Positions 39,701 through 48,125 of a stretch of DNA of 64,000 bases are shown here, one piece after another. This DNA comes from a virus: positions 64,001-128,000 of IMG/VR virus record IMGVR_UViG_3300012953_000001, one strand, 5' to 3'. Within the stretch, counting starts at the first letter, position 1; each line of letters starts with the position of its first letter. Both the position numbers and the translations under genes were made by a program. The notes under the pieces were generated by a model that saw nothing but the letters and a program-made list of their open reading frames with translations, was not told the DNA's origin and did no database searches.

Positions 39701-40067
39701 GTAGAAGGAGTTGTTTCCGACCCTCATCAGCAACCTCTAGCTCATCACTTATCGCAATAAGCCTGTCTAATTTAGTGGTGTCAGGTTTGGGGTCTGTTTG
39801 TCTGGATACAGGTGCGTATCGAATAAGCAGGTCGATATTGGATAAGATCTTTGAGCAGATAATAATGTGTCTGTTAGCAAAGAGCTTCAGGAGAGCGTAT
39901 ATAGCGTCAACATCTGAGTTGAGGGACCTAAAGACAAGATCCTGAACACCGCTAACAAGGTCAACGGCTGACTGATTCTTGTTTCGGTCCAGTACCGCAG
40001 CACCAGCTTGAAGGGCTTCCGACCTCGCTAATACTTCTTCTTCGGTATAACTGTTGCTACCACTCAT
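36759..40067 (-). CDS. Large virion (baseplate-region) structural protein
   Basis: 1102 aa: helical ends around a beta-rich middle with a VNYNTGKILL module; sits among baseplate genes. Confidence 0.6.
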   Translation of the reverse strand: MSGSNSYTEEEVLARSEALQAGAAVLDRNKNQSAVDLVSGVQDLVFRSLNSDVDAIYALLKLFANRHIIICSKILSNIDLLIRYAPVSRQTDPKPDTTKLDRLIAISDELEVADEGRKQLLLQEFSRVTEALVSSSVGEDGFHNAGISPSYAKEQSLALAEETNFLIGVLLEEIPRFHGALDEYTAAELEPLSLENQAKLATKTLQSHVGSSDLSAAILDSVVLNSLLSRRSSKKRDVTIPKYEGSVTTLPGTRAEMVGDTKPFIIEGGAASDTFEVDEQSSATISGPESGAPENGFLVNSTLFESTDAGALYTQYTKQILATERWFSTTGYAEDPYLQNSGLIGGTVDDLGYPIVTIPRLKTTTRPSDGRPGYENGVNVNFWYFDSGQGPVEVNCVDNGYGILIDKSTTTEAPHELDPDTPFDGNLEQFTVPGFGDPPTTNQLRAQLASNSTLSITLTEQMGAALIDWQTTTNPDPNNPGYNLCVVTSNTTGASAPSLSVNYNTGKILLDTDGYAPAATDYLQAGAYMYHKSYGYVHYLTGHMFIRMPYPAVEGTSIHTNYKYLPVATVSTGDSGIQTGFTAIRAHLNNDLVGAPIPVITETPSELSPGIPASWITTPQMLVNALNSSALTDKFLITSEAQGASTNILFRPHVERGSAARLAFPNYLESTLLLAAPFAPTWSTPLPNTNYVLGATYASRKERFGKDTQFSQVSSIGLVDVDCPENTLMTGVSFTVDSSGETLTFSEDIQAEEGDDLRVRWSAGGAPLSRGTPVFHTKVLAYAALSGGSYAVEVYPPLTLAVDDTQSEQLTNQGDWTCDISRSRIRARSQSSESDSTLAVTSTVNGGLGFDTSGDLYSGFSTEVQLEVDLQGTYPRDGYEIHPNDVVLEELSGSTGTTLRPLGRVIAVSGNKLTMRILDGVSPVSYPYENLKIVAYGWFKFITMVRDLRKAEGELISAAGSGELQREARVFVSSGSGQGQYVTLLEKLSDAMNSVREAYLLYDAHIVKTVDELLGTLKQERLTLPMSMLTTARFGDLANLTVEEVSEQSNIDNLLLAAFDKLGGETDFFEVSFGAGIMDDYYNRGQDDKVDELINPLQGEEL

Positions 40068-40389
40068 CCCCGAACTCCATACCTCTAAGTCGCCTAGCGT
40101 CTTCTTCTGATATACTAGTAACTTTAGAGCGTACGAGGTCTGGTGATAAGCCTAGAATATCGCATACGATATTAAACGAACAGATATGATCTTCACTGTG
40201 ATCGTGAAAAAGCCATTGTCCTGCATCTGCTCCTATCTTCCGCAATTTCAAGCTCTCATGTTCGTGGTATAGCACCCAATCAACCGCCGCACGCCTAACA
40301 ACAGCAGCCCATAAGCGAAGGTACCAAGGCACTCCTGCCCCGGCATTGCCCCTCTCAATATCCCATAAAGCATCACGTGACGACAACAC
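40057..40389 (-). CDS. Conserved small phage protein (LWxAV...A..W....SF..VC..L family)
   Basis: LRLWAAVVRRAAVDW...AGQWLF...CSFNIVCDILGLSPDLVR. Confidence 0.65.
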   Translation of the reverse strand: MLSSRDALWDIERGNAGAGVPWYLRLWAAVVRRAAVDWVLYHEHESLKLRKIGADAGQWLFHDHSEDHICSFNIVCDILGLSPDLVRSKVTSISEEDARRLRGMEFGDEW

Positions 40390-41344
40390 TCAAGGCCCCC
40401 CGAAGCACCGGCTGGGGAGACATGGTTATACCCATATCCTCATCTGGAGCTTCTTGGGCGACTAAGAGTGTTGCGATTCCGACGCCTACAGCTGAAATCG
40501 TGAGAGTGTTACTGTCTGTAATTAAGTTTACTATAGTCCCACCTACATCATCAGACGTAAGCGTCACAGCGACAAGACCCTCCACTCTCAAGCCGCTCCG
40601 ATGAACGGTTTCCATTGAGAGTACTGCTTCTTGTCCCAACCCTAGGTTTACCACTGGTAGGTCTAGGGGAACTAATAATGAATCCGTGTTCGTGTCTGTA
40701 TACTCGACACCATCAACCACTGGAAATATTACGTCTGGTAGCGGAGAAGCAGCTAGGTCAGGAATCTCGATCTTTCTCGATAGATTCTCGTAACCCTCCA
40801 TATATACTTTGTATGTCGCACCGCGTAATAAATCGACCGTGGCGTAACCTGCACTATCTGTGCGTATAACTAATGACTTTGGGATAATAGCATTTGTTGT
40901 GTTGGTCCCTGAATAGTATGCAAGTTCCGGTAAGTCATCTTCCGAAAAATGAATACTAAGCTGATCCACCGGTCTCCCGTATGAATCCATAAAGGTTCCC
41001 GAACAACGACAAAAGTGATCGTCTGTCGCTGTCGGTAAAGCTGAGACATCAATAAGTACGTCAAACACCTGCGGGTCAGTTACTGCGTCTACAACCGCAG
41101 AGTGCAGATTGCCCTCTATGACAGACGCGGCTCCTAACGGAGGTGTGACTCTAATTTCATAAGTTGCAGCAGGATGATCGCCCAAATCCACGCTACCTGC
41201 GGGGTTTGGTCCTGCTCCCGTGGTCCCAGTAGCAATCGCAACACCGCCGCCAGAGGGATGTAGGGATACAACAACGCCATCTACCATGGCGCTCCCCGGA
41301 TCCCCAAAAGGGGTTGTTCTACAATGTACTAAGACTGTTGGCAT
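40373..41344 (-). CDS. Virion protein with carboxypeptidase-regulatory/Ig-like beta domains
   Basis: Beta-rich; shares the C...G.PV...TDS.GY....L..G domain with 44100-46073. Confidence 0.6.
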   Translation of the reverse strand: MPTVLVHCRTTPFGDPGSAMVDGVVVSLHPSGGGVAIATGTTGAGPNPAGSVDLGDHPAATYEIRVTPPLGAASVIEGNLHSAVVDAVTDPQVFDVLIDVSALPTATDDHFCRCSGTFMDSYGRPVDQLSIHFSEDDLPELAYYSGTNTTNAIIPKSLVIRTDSAGYATVDLLRGATYKVYMEGYENLSRKIEIPDLAASPLPDVIFPVVDGVEYTDTNTDSLLVPLDLPVVNLGLGQEAVLSMETVHRSGLRVEGLVAVTLTSDDVGGTIVNLITDSNTLTISAVGVGIATLLVAQEAPDEDMGITMSPQPVLRGALSVVVT

Positions 41345-41355
41345 TTTCTATCCGA

Positions 41356-42093
41356 CTACCTTGATTTACTAAGCGTAGTTAAGTAGCTACCACCTCGGGA
41401 AGGTCCCATGGTGTTTTGTGATTGGGGGCCAGCTTTCCAGGCGTTATAGCTATTTTTCGCCATCTTTCCGCCGTAATACATGCTCGCAGCGCCAGCGCCT
41501 GTCATACCGACTCGACCAGCCTTGCCCCAGCCACCCAGACTTTTCCAGGGGCTAGACTTGAAGCTCATGCCTCCAAGAGATCTATTCCAGGGCATGCTTC
41601 CGCTGACAGCCGAACGTGCTCGATTACTAAAGCCTGCGCGAGCAGTTTGTGCAGCTTGTTGGGCTCGTCCAAGGCTCTGTCGCTCCAACATTCCTTTGGC
41701 ACCTCGCTGTGCGTAGGTCAGCCCTTTGTACGCGCCTGTGCCCGCCTTCTGCGCTGTACTGATGCCCTTGATAGTGCGACCAGCCATGTACGCTTTACGG
41801 CCAGCATTTGCTGCGCGAGCAGCCAAGACTCCGCCCCTAACAAGTCCACCAGCAACATTTAATCCGGGGATGAACATTGTAGCGGTAAGAGCCGCATCTA
41901 ATGGGTTGTCCTTGATATAGTTACCCACACTCTTAATGCCACCCCACGCCTTACGGCCCACACGTCTAGCCCACTGCCAAGCGACCTTCTCCATATAAGG
42001 GTCGATAGCAACAAGTTCTTCAGCAAAGGAACGCTGCATTCTATTTCTGGCAGCTACTTTCACCAGTGCATATCTTAACTGTTGATTATCCAT
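41356..42093 (-). CDS. Basic KxA-motif protein (putative internal virion/ejection protein)
   Basis: LVKVA and MEKVA motifs, then a cationic Gly/Ala-rich body with hydrophobic stretches; C-terminal RGGSYLTTLSK. Confidence 0.6.
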   Translation of the reverse strand: MDNQQLRYALVKVAARNRMQRSFAEELVAIDPYMEKVAWQWARRVGRKAWGGIKSVGNYIKDNPLDAALTATMFIPGLNVAGGLVRGGVLAARAANAGRKAYMAGRTIKGISTAQKAGTGAYKGLTYAQRGAKGMLERQSLGRAQQAAQTARAGFSNRARSAVSGSMPWNRSLGGMSFKSSPWKSLGGWGKAGRVGMTGAGAASMYYGGKMAKNSYNAWKAGPQSQNTMGPSRGGSYLTTLSKSR

Positions 42094-42676
42094 TTTTTAC
42101 CTCTTCGCTGGGAAGGCCTGTTCCCCATCTTATAGGCCAAATACTTTTCGATAATAAGGCCCACCCGATTGGGGTCGAACTATCATACTTTGTTAATACA
42201 TCTTCGCAAGCTTCCCGTAAGCAACTAAACTCCTCAGAAGGACCCCAGTTGCCAATGTGGAAGTAAGAACCTGACTCAGACTGACAAAGACACATGGCGT
42301 GACCCATCAATTTACTATCACTCTCCCACGAAAAAATCCATATTACTGGGTTATATCTTTCTTGGATTGAGTTTGCGGCCCACACGCTAAAGTCATCACA
42401 GTCCAGAGATCCTTTAGGTTGAGTGTTACCGCTTTCTAACTCAGAAATGGCGTACTGCACCCAACCCGGTGACCCCACAGAGTCCCATAGCTCCTTCACC
42501 CCATCCTTGGTCCAAGTGAGAAGCTCCATCTTTTTTGAGGCCTCTTCCGTGGTTAAGTAGGGTCCAACAGCCATGCTCTTATACTTGTGATGCCAAATGA
42601 ACCGGTAAACACGGCTCCAAATACACCACCAGTATATTGCTACGACGTAGAATTTCTTTGCGAACCAAGCCTTCAT
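42086..42676 (-). CDS. Transglutaminase-like/papain-fold cysteine protease with an N-terminal hydrophobic segment
   Basis: LDCDDFSVWA (Cys), MGHAMCL (His) and FHIGNWG (third triad position); aromatic N-terminal helix. Confidence 0.65.
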   Translation of the reverse strand: MKAWFAKKFYVVAIYWWCIWSRVYRFIWHHKYKSMAVGPYLTTEEASKKMELLTWTKDGVKELWDSVGSPGWVQYAISELESGNTQPKGSLDCDDFSVWAANSIQERYNPVIWIFSWESDSKLMGHAMCLCQSESGSYFHIGNWGPSEEFSCLREACEDVLTKYDSSTPIGWALLSKSIWPIRWGTGLPSEEVKNG

Positions 42677-44100
42677 TAAACCACCTGATTACCGACAATT
42701 ACACCGGCCTTAGGTGCTTTTACCTTTGTCCCGTCTGTTACTCTCTTGGACTTCGCCAAAGCCGTTCTTGCCAAGGCAGACCCGGCTGCGGGTGCACCTG
42801 CTCCGCGTCTACCTCTCGTGCTCTTTAGGCCCTCATCTAGTTTGAACTGCCTTCTCACAGCCGAGGCGGATTGCTGTCCCTTGGCGTCTCTAAGAGCTTT
42901 ACCGAGACGAGACTTCTCATCAAGCTTCTTGATGTCCTTGCGGTCCTGTTTTAGCTGTTTTAGCTGTTTCGCTGTCCTAGAGCCTTTAGTTGCTCCTGTC
43001 ATAATATCCAAGTAGCTTCCGCCTCGGACTCCTGAGGACATGAGACCGCCTTTACCTTTAATCAAAGCAGAGGCTCCAGTATAACCTTTGTCGATTGCTT
43101 TTTTACCGGGACCCATCATGGACGCGGCTGCTGCGGGTATAGAGGAGAAACTAGCTCCAAGCGCGGCACCGCCGAGACCCATGTCTAAGCGTCTCGGGTC
43201 TACTAATGTTTCCCCAACGCTTTTCAAGGAATCCCACTTGCCTGGGTTTAGTGCGTAGCTTCCTCCGTAACCAGCAAGACCACCCTTGGCCCCGTAAGAC
43301 ATAAGCTTCTTACCTGAGCGAGCCAAATATCCCCCGGTTTGTGTCCAAGGCTTGTGAAGCTCATACCCCTTAGGGGCTCGGCCCTTAGCGAAAAATCCTC
43401 TAGGCCCCTTGATGAGTTGCCCAGTTTCCTTGTGTTTGTAAATGTTGCTCAGCCCACTGCCTCGCCCAAACAATTTTTGACGTACGCCCTCGCGCACAGG
43501 CTCGGTCCATCGGGCTGACCCCTTTGGAACGCTCGTTAAGGCTTCGCGTGTAAACGGTTGCATGGTCCTTGGGTCGATAAGCTTAGATGCCGCTCCACCC
43601 AGATCATCAGCTGCCTGTGGGGCTGCACGAGTAGCTCCGCTACGGGTTACCGCAGCCCTCGCTGCTGCACCGCCAGAACGAAGAGCGTTCCATCCAGCCA
43701 GTCCTGCTCTAGCCAACCAAGGCCAGACAGCTTCCTTCTCCATCAGAGCCAGCTTTTGCATCCCGGTCATTGGTACTAATGCAGAACCGACCTTAGGCAT
43801 ACCTGATCCCATACCACCCACTTGTTTAGCAGCAGCAACCCCTACAGGTTGCTTCTGTTGACGAGAGGCATTGGCAGTAAAACGCTTGATCAGCGATTTT
43901 CGCATAGCGCCTGCGGCCCAACCAGTCTGCATTTGTGCATTGTTAGACCCACCCTGGGTCGCGCCACCTGTAGGGTTAAGTGGTCCTGGCTCTGGAGCAG
44001 GAGCACCTGCTTGGCCACCAACGGCTGGTGCGGCTGCGATCTTTGCTGTGTACCGAAGAATCTCTAGAGCAGCGCCCTTATCAAAGTCTGTATTACGCAT
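42676..44100 (-). CDS. Basic KxA-motif protein (putative internal virion/ejection protein)
   Basis: AKIA, MQKLA and MEKEA motifs; Gly-zipper segments; RGGSYLDIM. Confidence 0.6.
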   Translation of the reverse strand: MRNTDFDKGAALEILRYTAKIAAAPAVGGQAGAPAPEPGPLNPTGGATQGGSNNAQMQTGWAAGAMRKSLIKRFTANASRQQKQPVGVAAAKQVGGMGSGMPKVGSALVPMTGMQKLALMEKEAVWPWLARAGLAGWNALRSGGAAARAAVTRSGATRAAPQAADDLGGAASKLIDPRTMQPFTREALTSVPKGSARWTEPVREGVRQKLFGRGSGLSNIYKHKETGQLIKGPRGFFAKGRAPKGYELHKPWTQTGGYLARSGKKLMSYGAKGGLAGYGGSYALNPGKWDSLKSVGETLVDPRRLDMGLGGAALGASFSSIPAAAASMMGPGKKAIDKGYTGASALIKGKGGLMSSGVRGGSYLDIMTGATKGSRTAKQLKQLKQDRKDIKKLDEKSRLGKALRDAKGQQSASAVRRQFKLDEGLKSTRGRRGAGAPAAGSALARTALAKSKRVTDGTKVKAPKAGVIVGNQVV

Positions 44101-46073
44101 TATAAAGTCCTCTTGGGTGCTGCCACGATATTGGGAGTTAAAATATCAAACGGGTCATCTGCACCAGATAGTATTGTCAGTAAATTGGTCGGCCCTTCGC
44201 TACTAGGCACAGTAATCCTGCGTCTGAGTGATAGCGGGGCGATAGATACTTCTACCTGTATCCCCTGCACTAAAGAGAACTCAACGTACCCGTTAGAATC
44301 AGTCTTATAAGTTCTCTGCGAGTCGAAAACGCCAGTCCCAGAAAATAATTCTGGTCGGTGCACTAGTCCGACATGAACTGTCGCATTCCTCACTGGTGTC
44401 CCGTCCATATGGTAAAGCTGTGCGAACAATGTGCACATGTCTGCGGGCGCGGCAGAGGCAGTTACTGTGGGAGAAAACTCCTCAGTTATTAGTTGAAATG
44501 CCTGCGTATCTGTCCCTACAGAAGGATCTGGAAGTGAGTCTTGTCCCGGAATACCTTTGAACTTTACTGGGCTTAGAAGGCTGTCTGCCTCCAAGGTGCT
44601 CGAAACCTCTACTGTCATTTCAAAGTTATTGGTTGTGTAGACAACCCCAGCCTTGGTTAAAGAGAAAACATACTTCCCTGGTGGCACTTCTAAACGTAAA
44701 AAGCCGGTAACATCAGTGACACCCTGCGTTATCTGCACACCAGCTTCAGAACTTACGGTTACTGTGGTTCCTATGTGCGGCCCGGTATTCGGAGCAGAAA
44801 GCTTCCCAACAGTAATTAAGATAGTCTCTTTGCCTACTGCGGGAGTAATCAAGTAATCAGTTACGTAAGCTTGTACATTGTTATTGAACCAAACAATGAA
44901 GACTTCCTGCGCGGTGTTAAACGTCAGGTCCTGGAGTACGTACCCACCATAGGCAGCAGAGTAAAATGCCTGCACAGAGGTTCCGTCTGAGCCGAGAGGA
45001 ATAATATTTCCTCCCTGTGAGCCAAACCCTGTGATGCCTAGCTTCGCCAAGAGACTAGCCGTCCCTGCTTGGAGATCTAATTGGCTAGAGTCTCCTACTG
45101 CCCCTGCTGTCGCATTAAATACCAAATTATTCGTGGACGACTCTTGATCAAGAGTAATACGGTCGCCTGCTGCACCGTCAGTAATCGTTGTCTCAACAAG
45201 AACCTTTAGCTCAACAAAGGTAACGGACTCGCTGCTCAACACATTGTTTGCTGCTGGGGGAGAAACGTCAGTAGCCTCTGAGAGGCCGGTAATAGCGGAG
45301 AAATTGCCCTGCATATTACTAAGTGTAATTGTAGAACTTGAGCCTAAGCTGTCAGTTACAATCTCAATCTCACCAGCAGCGTCACGGGCGTATGCACCTT
45401 TTAACTGTGCGTTAAGAGCCGCAAGGTACGCAGCCTGATTGTTTGCTACACCATCTAGGTCAATACTTCGTACTGTGCCCCCGTCAATGCTGTAGTCCGC
45501 TGTATCCCCAAGTGCGCCTGCTGCGTACGTTGCCATAGTTCCTGTGGCTACCGCAGGAGCACATAAAAAAGTAAGGGTCTGCGGTCCTGTCGCGTTCGTG
45601 TCCGGGAGGACTTGGAATGTCAAAAAGTCTCCATCATCAACGGAGAAAGTTGTTACTGATTGGCCCCCAGTAAACGACGCGTACGTCTTGTCCGCAAGGG
45701 ATACGCCAGAGCCGTTGTAGAGATGCGCAGTAATAATCTCGTTGGGACCGCCAACTATATTATCCTCTAATACAACGTCTACTTCATCCCCGATTGCAAA
45801 ATCAGAGATTGGGTTCTGCCCCACGTCTAGCGTGCCATGCAAAACAACAGAGTCATTATACTTGTAGAATACGTTATGCTGCCCCAGGGTAAGCGGGGTG
45901 TAGGGGTCACTTAGGAAAAGATTCGGGGCTTCGATGACTTGAGAAAAACTAAGCACAGCCACTTCCGAACCAGTAGCATCTAACACCTGCGCCTCTAATA
46001 ACCCGAGGTCAACTACTACTGATTGGCTATCGAAGAACGGTAGTGTCCTTGCTTTTTGTATCTGTGCTTTCAT
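44100..46073 (-). CDS. Virion structural protein (beta-rich, sheath-insert-like and carboxypeptidase-regulatory-like modules)
   Basis: 657 aa acidic, with YSIDGG...LAALNAQL...IEIVTDSLG, GVTDVTGFLRLEVPPGKY and TDSNGYVEFSLVQG. Confidence 0.6.
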   Translation of the reverse strand: MKAQIQKARTLPFFDSQSVVVDLGLLEAQVLDATGSEVAVLSFSQVIEAPNLFLSDPYTPLTLGQHNVFYKYNDSVVLHGTLDVGQNPISDFAIGDEVDVVLEDNIVGGPNEIITAHLYNGSGVSLADKTYASFTGGQSVTTFSVDDGDFLTFQVLPDTNATGPQTLTFLCAPAVATGTMATYAAGALGDTADYSIDGGTVRSIDLDGVANNQAAYLAALNAQLKGAYARDAAGEIEIVTDSLGSSSTITLSNMQGNFSAITGLSEATDVSPPAANNVLSSESVTFVELKVLVETTITDGAAGDRITLDQESSTNNLVFNATAGAVGDSSQLDLQAGTASLLAKLGITGFGSQGGNIIPLGSDGTSVQAFYSAAYGGYVLQDLTFNTAQEVFIVWFNNNVQAYVTDYLITPAVGKETILITVGKLSAPNTGPHIGTTVTVSSEAGVQITQGVTDVTGFLRLEVPPGKYVFSLTKAGVVYTTNNFEMTVEVSSTLEADSLLSPVKFKGIPGQDSLPDPSVGTDTQAFQLITEEFSPTVTASAAPADMCTLFAQLYHMDGTPVRNATVHVGLVHRPELFSGTGVFDSQRTYKTDSNGYVEFSLVQGIQVEVSIAPLSLRRRITVPSSEGPTNLLTILSGADDPFDILTPNIVAAPKRTL

Positions 46074-46090
46074 CTATTGGCCCACCTTAC

Positions 46091-46333
46091 TCAACTCTTT
46101 GGCTCGGAGATGCCAATCAGTTTTTTAACGTTGTCTATTACCACAACGCTATCATACCGCTTTTCCTTCTTCTCTGGACTACCTAGGCTACTTTCAAGCA
46201 CCGACTTTAAGAAAGTTCTTTCCGTTACCAAGCGGAGCTTCTCCGCTGTAACGTACTCCTTCACTTGATCCCTTAGTTTCTCTAGGACCTCTTTCTTATC
46301 TTCGGGCTTGTCAATAACACTCTCGATAGCCAT
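46091..46333 (-). CDS. Hypothetical protein
   Basis: 80-aa helical ORF with an upstream GGAG, co-oriented with neighbours. Confidence 0.55.
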   Translation of the reverse strand: MAIESVIDKPEDKKEVLEKLRDQVKEYVTAEKLRLVTERTFLKSVLESSLGSPEKKEKRYDSVVVIDNVKKLIGISEPKS

Positions 46334-46345
46334 GCCAGTGTCTCC

Positions 46346-47242
46346 TTAGTCTTTGAGCAACGCATAGCCACCAAGTCCAAGTGCCGCAGGAACAGCTACC
46401 GCTTTGGCGGTGTCCATCATCTTTTTACGCTTGGCCCAGTTAGAGGCGAGTCTAGTCGCTCCACCAAGAAGCGCCGCAGCACCACCACCCTCTAATGCGG
46501 CCTTAGCCACTTCGGGTCCGTAAGCTTTTAAGTAGTCCATCGGAGCATCTGCAAACGATTTGCCTGATCTCTTCAGTGCGCGAGCTTTCCGAAGAAACTC
46601 AACCTCTTGGGCTGATCTATCGAAGGCACCCGGCACGAAATCCTTGCCCTCTTTCTTGGCCTGCTCCTTGGCAATGCGGTTCGTGTTGTATTTCTTTCCT
46701 AGAGCCTTACGTGCAGCTAGTCCTTCGGCCCCCTCACCAGCAAGAGTACGTAACTGGCGAAGTCTGTTAAGACCCATACCAAGACCACCAACGCCGCCAG
46801 CGCCCGCTGCGGTTCTACCCACGCCTCCCCATAAACTAAATGGGTTTTTGAAGGCTTGCTTCTCCATCCGATCACCGTAAGTGTTTTCGTAGAGAACAGC
46901 CGATGCCTGGGCAAGCCCACTATGCACGTAATGTGCAGAACTCTTTTTTGCCATGAACGGCGCTGTAGGTGCAGCGAGGGGTGCAGCGAGGGGTGCAGCG
47001 GGAGGTCTTCGGGCCATTGAGCCCATCCCGAACGGTTGCCTACGGGGTTTAGGTGCCCTAAGTGCCCCTGGGCCCATCTGCTTCATATTGTTGATGGCCT
47101 TTGCCACGTTCGGTGAGGGTTTGCGAGCGGGCGCGGCTCCGTACTGGCCCAGAACCGCAACCTTCTCAAGCATTGAGGCTACGCCTGCCGCTTTTTCCAT
47201 ACTCTTCATCGAGGTATCTAATCGTTTTAAGTTGTCCATCAT
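46346..47242 (-). CDS. Basic KxA-motif protein with a C-terminal Gly-zipper helix
   Basis: MEKAA, LEKVA and MEKQA motifs; ends AVAVPAALGLGGYALLKD. Confidence 0.6.
   Translation of the reverse strand: MMDNLKRLDTSMKSMEKAAGVASMLEKVAVLGQYGAAPARKPSPNVAKAINNMKQMGPGALRAPKPRRQPFGMGSMARRPPAAPLAAPLAAPTAPFMAKKSSAHYVHSGLAQASAVLYENTYGDRMEKQAFKNPFSLWGGVGRTAAGAGGVGGLGMGLNRLRQLRTLAGEGAEGLAARKALGKKYNTNRIAKEQAKKEGKDFVPGAFDRSAQEVEFLRKARALKRSGKSFADAPMDYLKAYGPEVAKAALEGGGAAALLGGATRLASNWAKRKKMMDTAKAVAVPAALGLGGYALLKD
46968..47000. repeat. 12-bp tandem repeat (about 2.7 copies) encoding AAPLAAPLAAP
   Basis: GGTGCAGCGAGG repeated in frame within the 46346-47242 gene. Confidence 0.8.
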
Positions 47243-48112
47243 TTACTCCGTAAGATGCCTCTGAAGTTTCTTTTTAATAGTGTTCTTCAGGCGACTAACT
47301 TGGTAATCGGGAATTTTCATTGCACGAGCAATAGTTCCCGTAGAGGACGTTTGAGGTTTGCCGTGTCCGGTCAAATACTCATATACCTCTCGTTCATTAC
47401 CCGTTAGTTCATACTTAAATAGGCGCAAAACCTCTTCAGATTTTGAAGGTGTTAACGCATACGGGTCCTCTTCGAACCCTTGAGAGAGCAAGTCGTTCCG
47501 TAGCTCGGCTTCCATCCTTCCGGTTTCAGCCATTGACCACCCGAGTCGCTCAGAAATTTCTTTAGTCAGAGGTGTCCTACCAAGATCTTCGGTAAGTTCA
47601 TCTCTGGCAGTTGTGAACAACTTGATCTTATAAACCCGATTCTCGGGGATACGACCAATATTCTGGTTCTCAACAATAAATCGTTTGGCCTTGTCTAAAT
47701 AACGAAAGACATAGGTACCGAGAGACCCCTTAGAGGGATCATATGAGCGTAAGGCATCTACAAAGCGTAGCTGAAACTCTGACTCAATAGCTGAGTCGGG
47801 AATCATCTTTACCTTACCCTTGTAGACATTGACCTTAGACCTGATCATTGGACGGAAGCTTTTGAGGAGAGGTCGGAGGTCTTCCGGCCTCTCCCCATTG
47901 GCTTTCCAATTATTCCACATCGCAAGCTCTCGACTCTTCTTATCATCTAAGTTGTCTAGAGCATTGAATGTGGCAAGGTTAGTCTCCGTGGCTTCCTCAG
48001 CATCCCTGGTGTGCTGTTTTACGGATACAACTTTCCCATTAGTTCGCCGTGGGTGTGCTCTTACTTGAGTACTCCCTGCGTACTTGAGAAATTCGGATAC
48101 TGGATCAGCCAC
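47243..48112 (-). CDS. Sigma-70 family RNA polymerase sigma factor (SigB/FliA-like) with an atypical N-terminal tag
   Basis: Region 2 (LLKSFRPMI...FVDALRSYDPSKGSLGTYV), RIPE, region 3 (LGRTPLTKEISERLGWS) and region 4 (TIARAMKIPDYQVSRLKNTIKKKL). GTG 48112 is better spaced from AAAGGT than ATG 48121. Confidence 0.9.
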   Translation of the reverse strand: MADPVSEFLKYAGSTQVRAHPRRTNGKVVSVKQHTRDAEEATETNLATFNALDNLDDKKSRELAMWNNWKANGERPEDLRPLLKSFRPMIRSKVNVYKGKVKMIPDSAIESEFQLRFVDALRSYDPSKGSLGTYVFRYLDKAKRFIVENQNIGRIPENRVYKIKLFTTARDELTEDLGRTPLTKEISERLGWSMAETGRMEAELRNDLLSQGFEEDPYALTPSKSEEVLRLFKYELTGNEREVYEYLTGHGKPQTSSTGTIARAMKIPDYQVSRLKNTIKKKLQRHLTE

Positions 48113-48125
48113 GGACAACATACCT

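Noticed and set aside
6795-39945. Many + strand ORFs opposite the structural genes (e.g. 10539-11039, 27734-28249, 38439-39056)
   Set aside because: They are shadow ORFs of long - strand genes with biased codon use and show no protein-like features.
46968-47000. 12-bp repeat as a phase-variation or regulatory element
   Set aside because: It is in frame, short and simply encodes a Pro/Ala linker.
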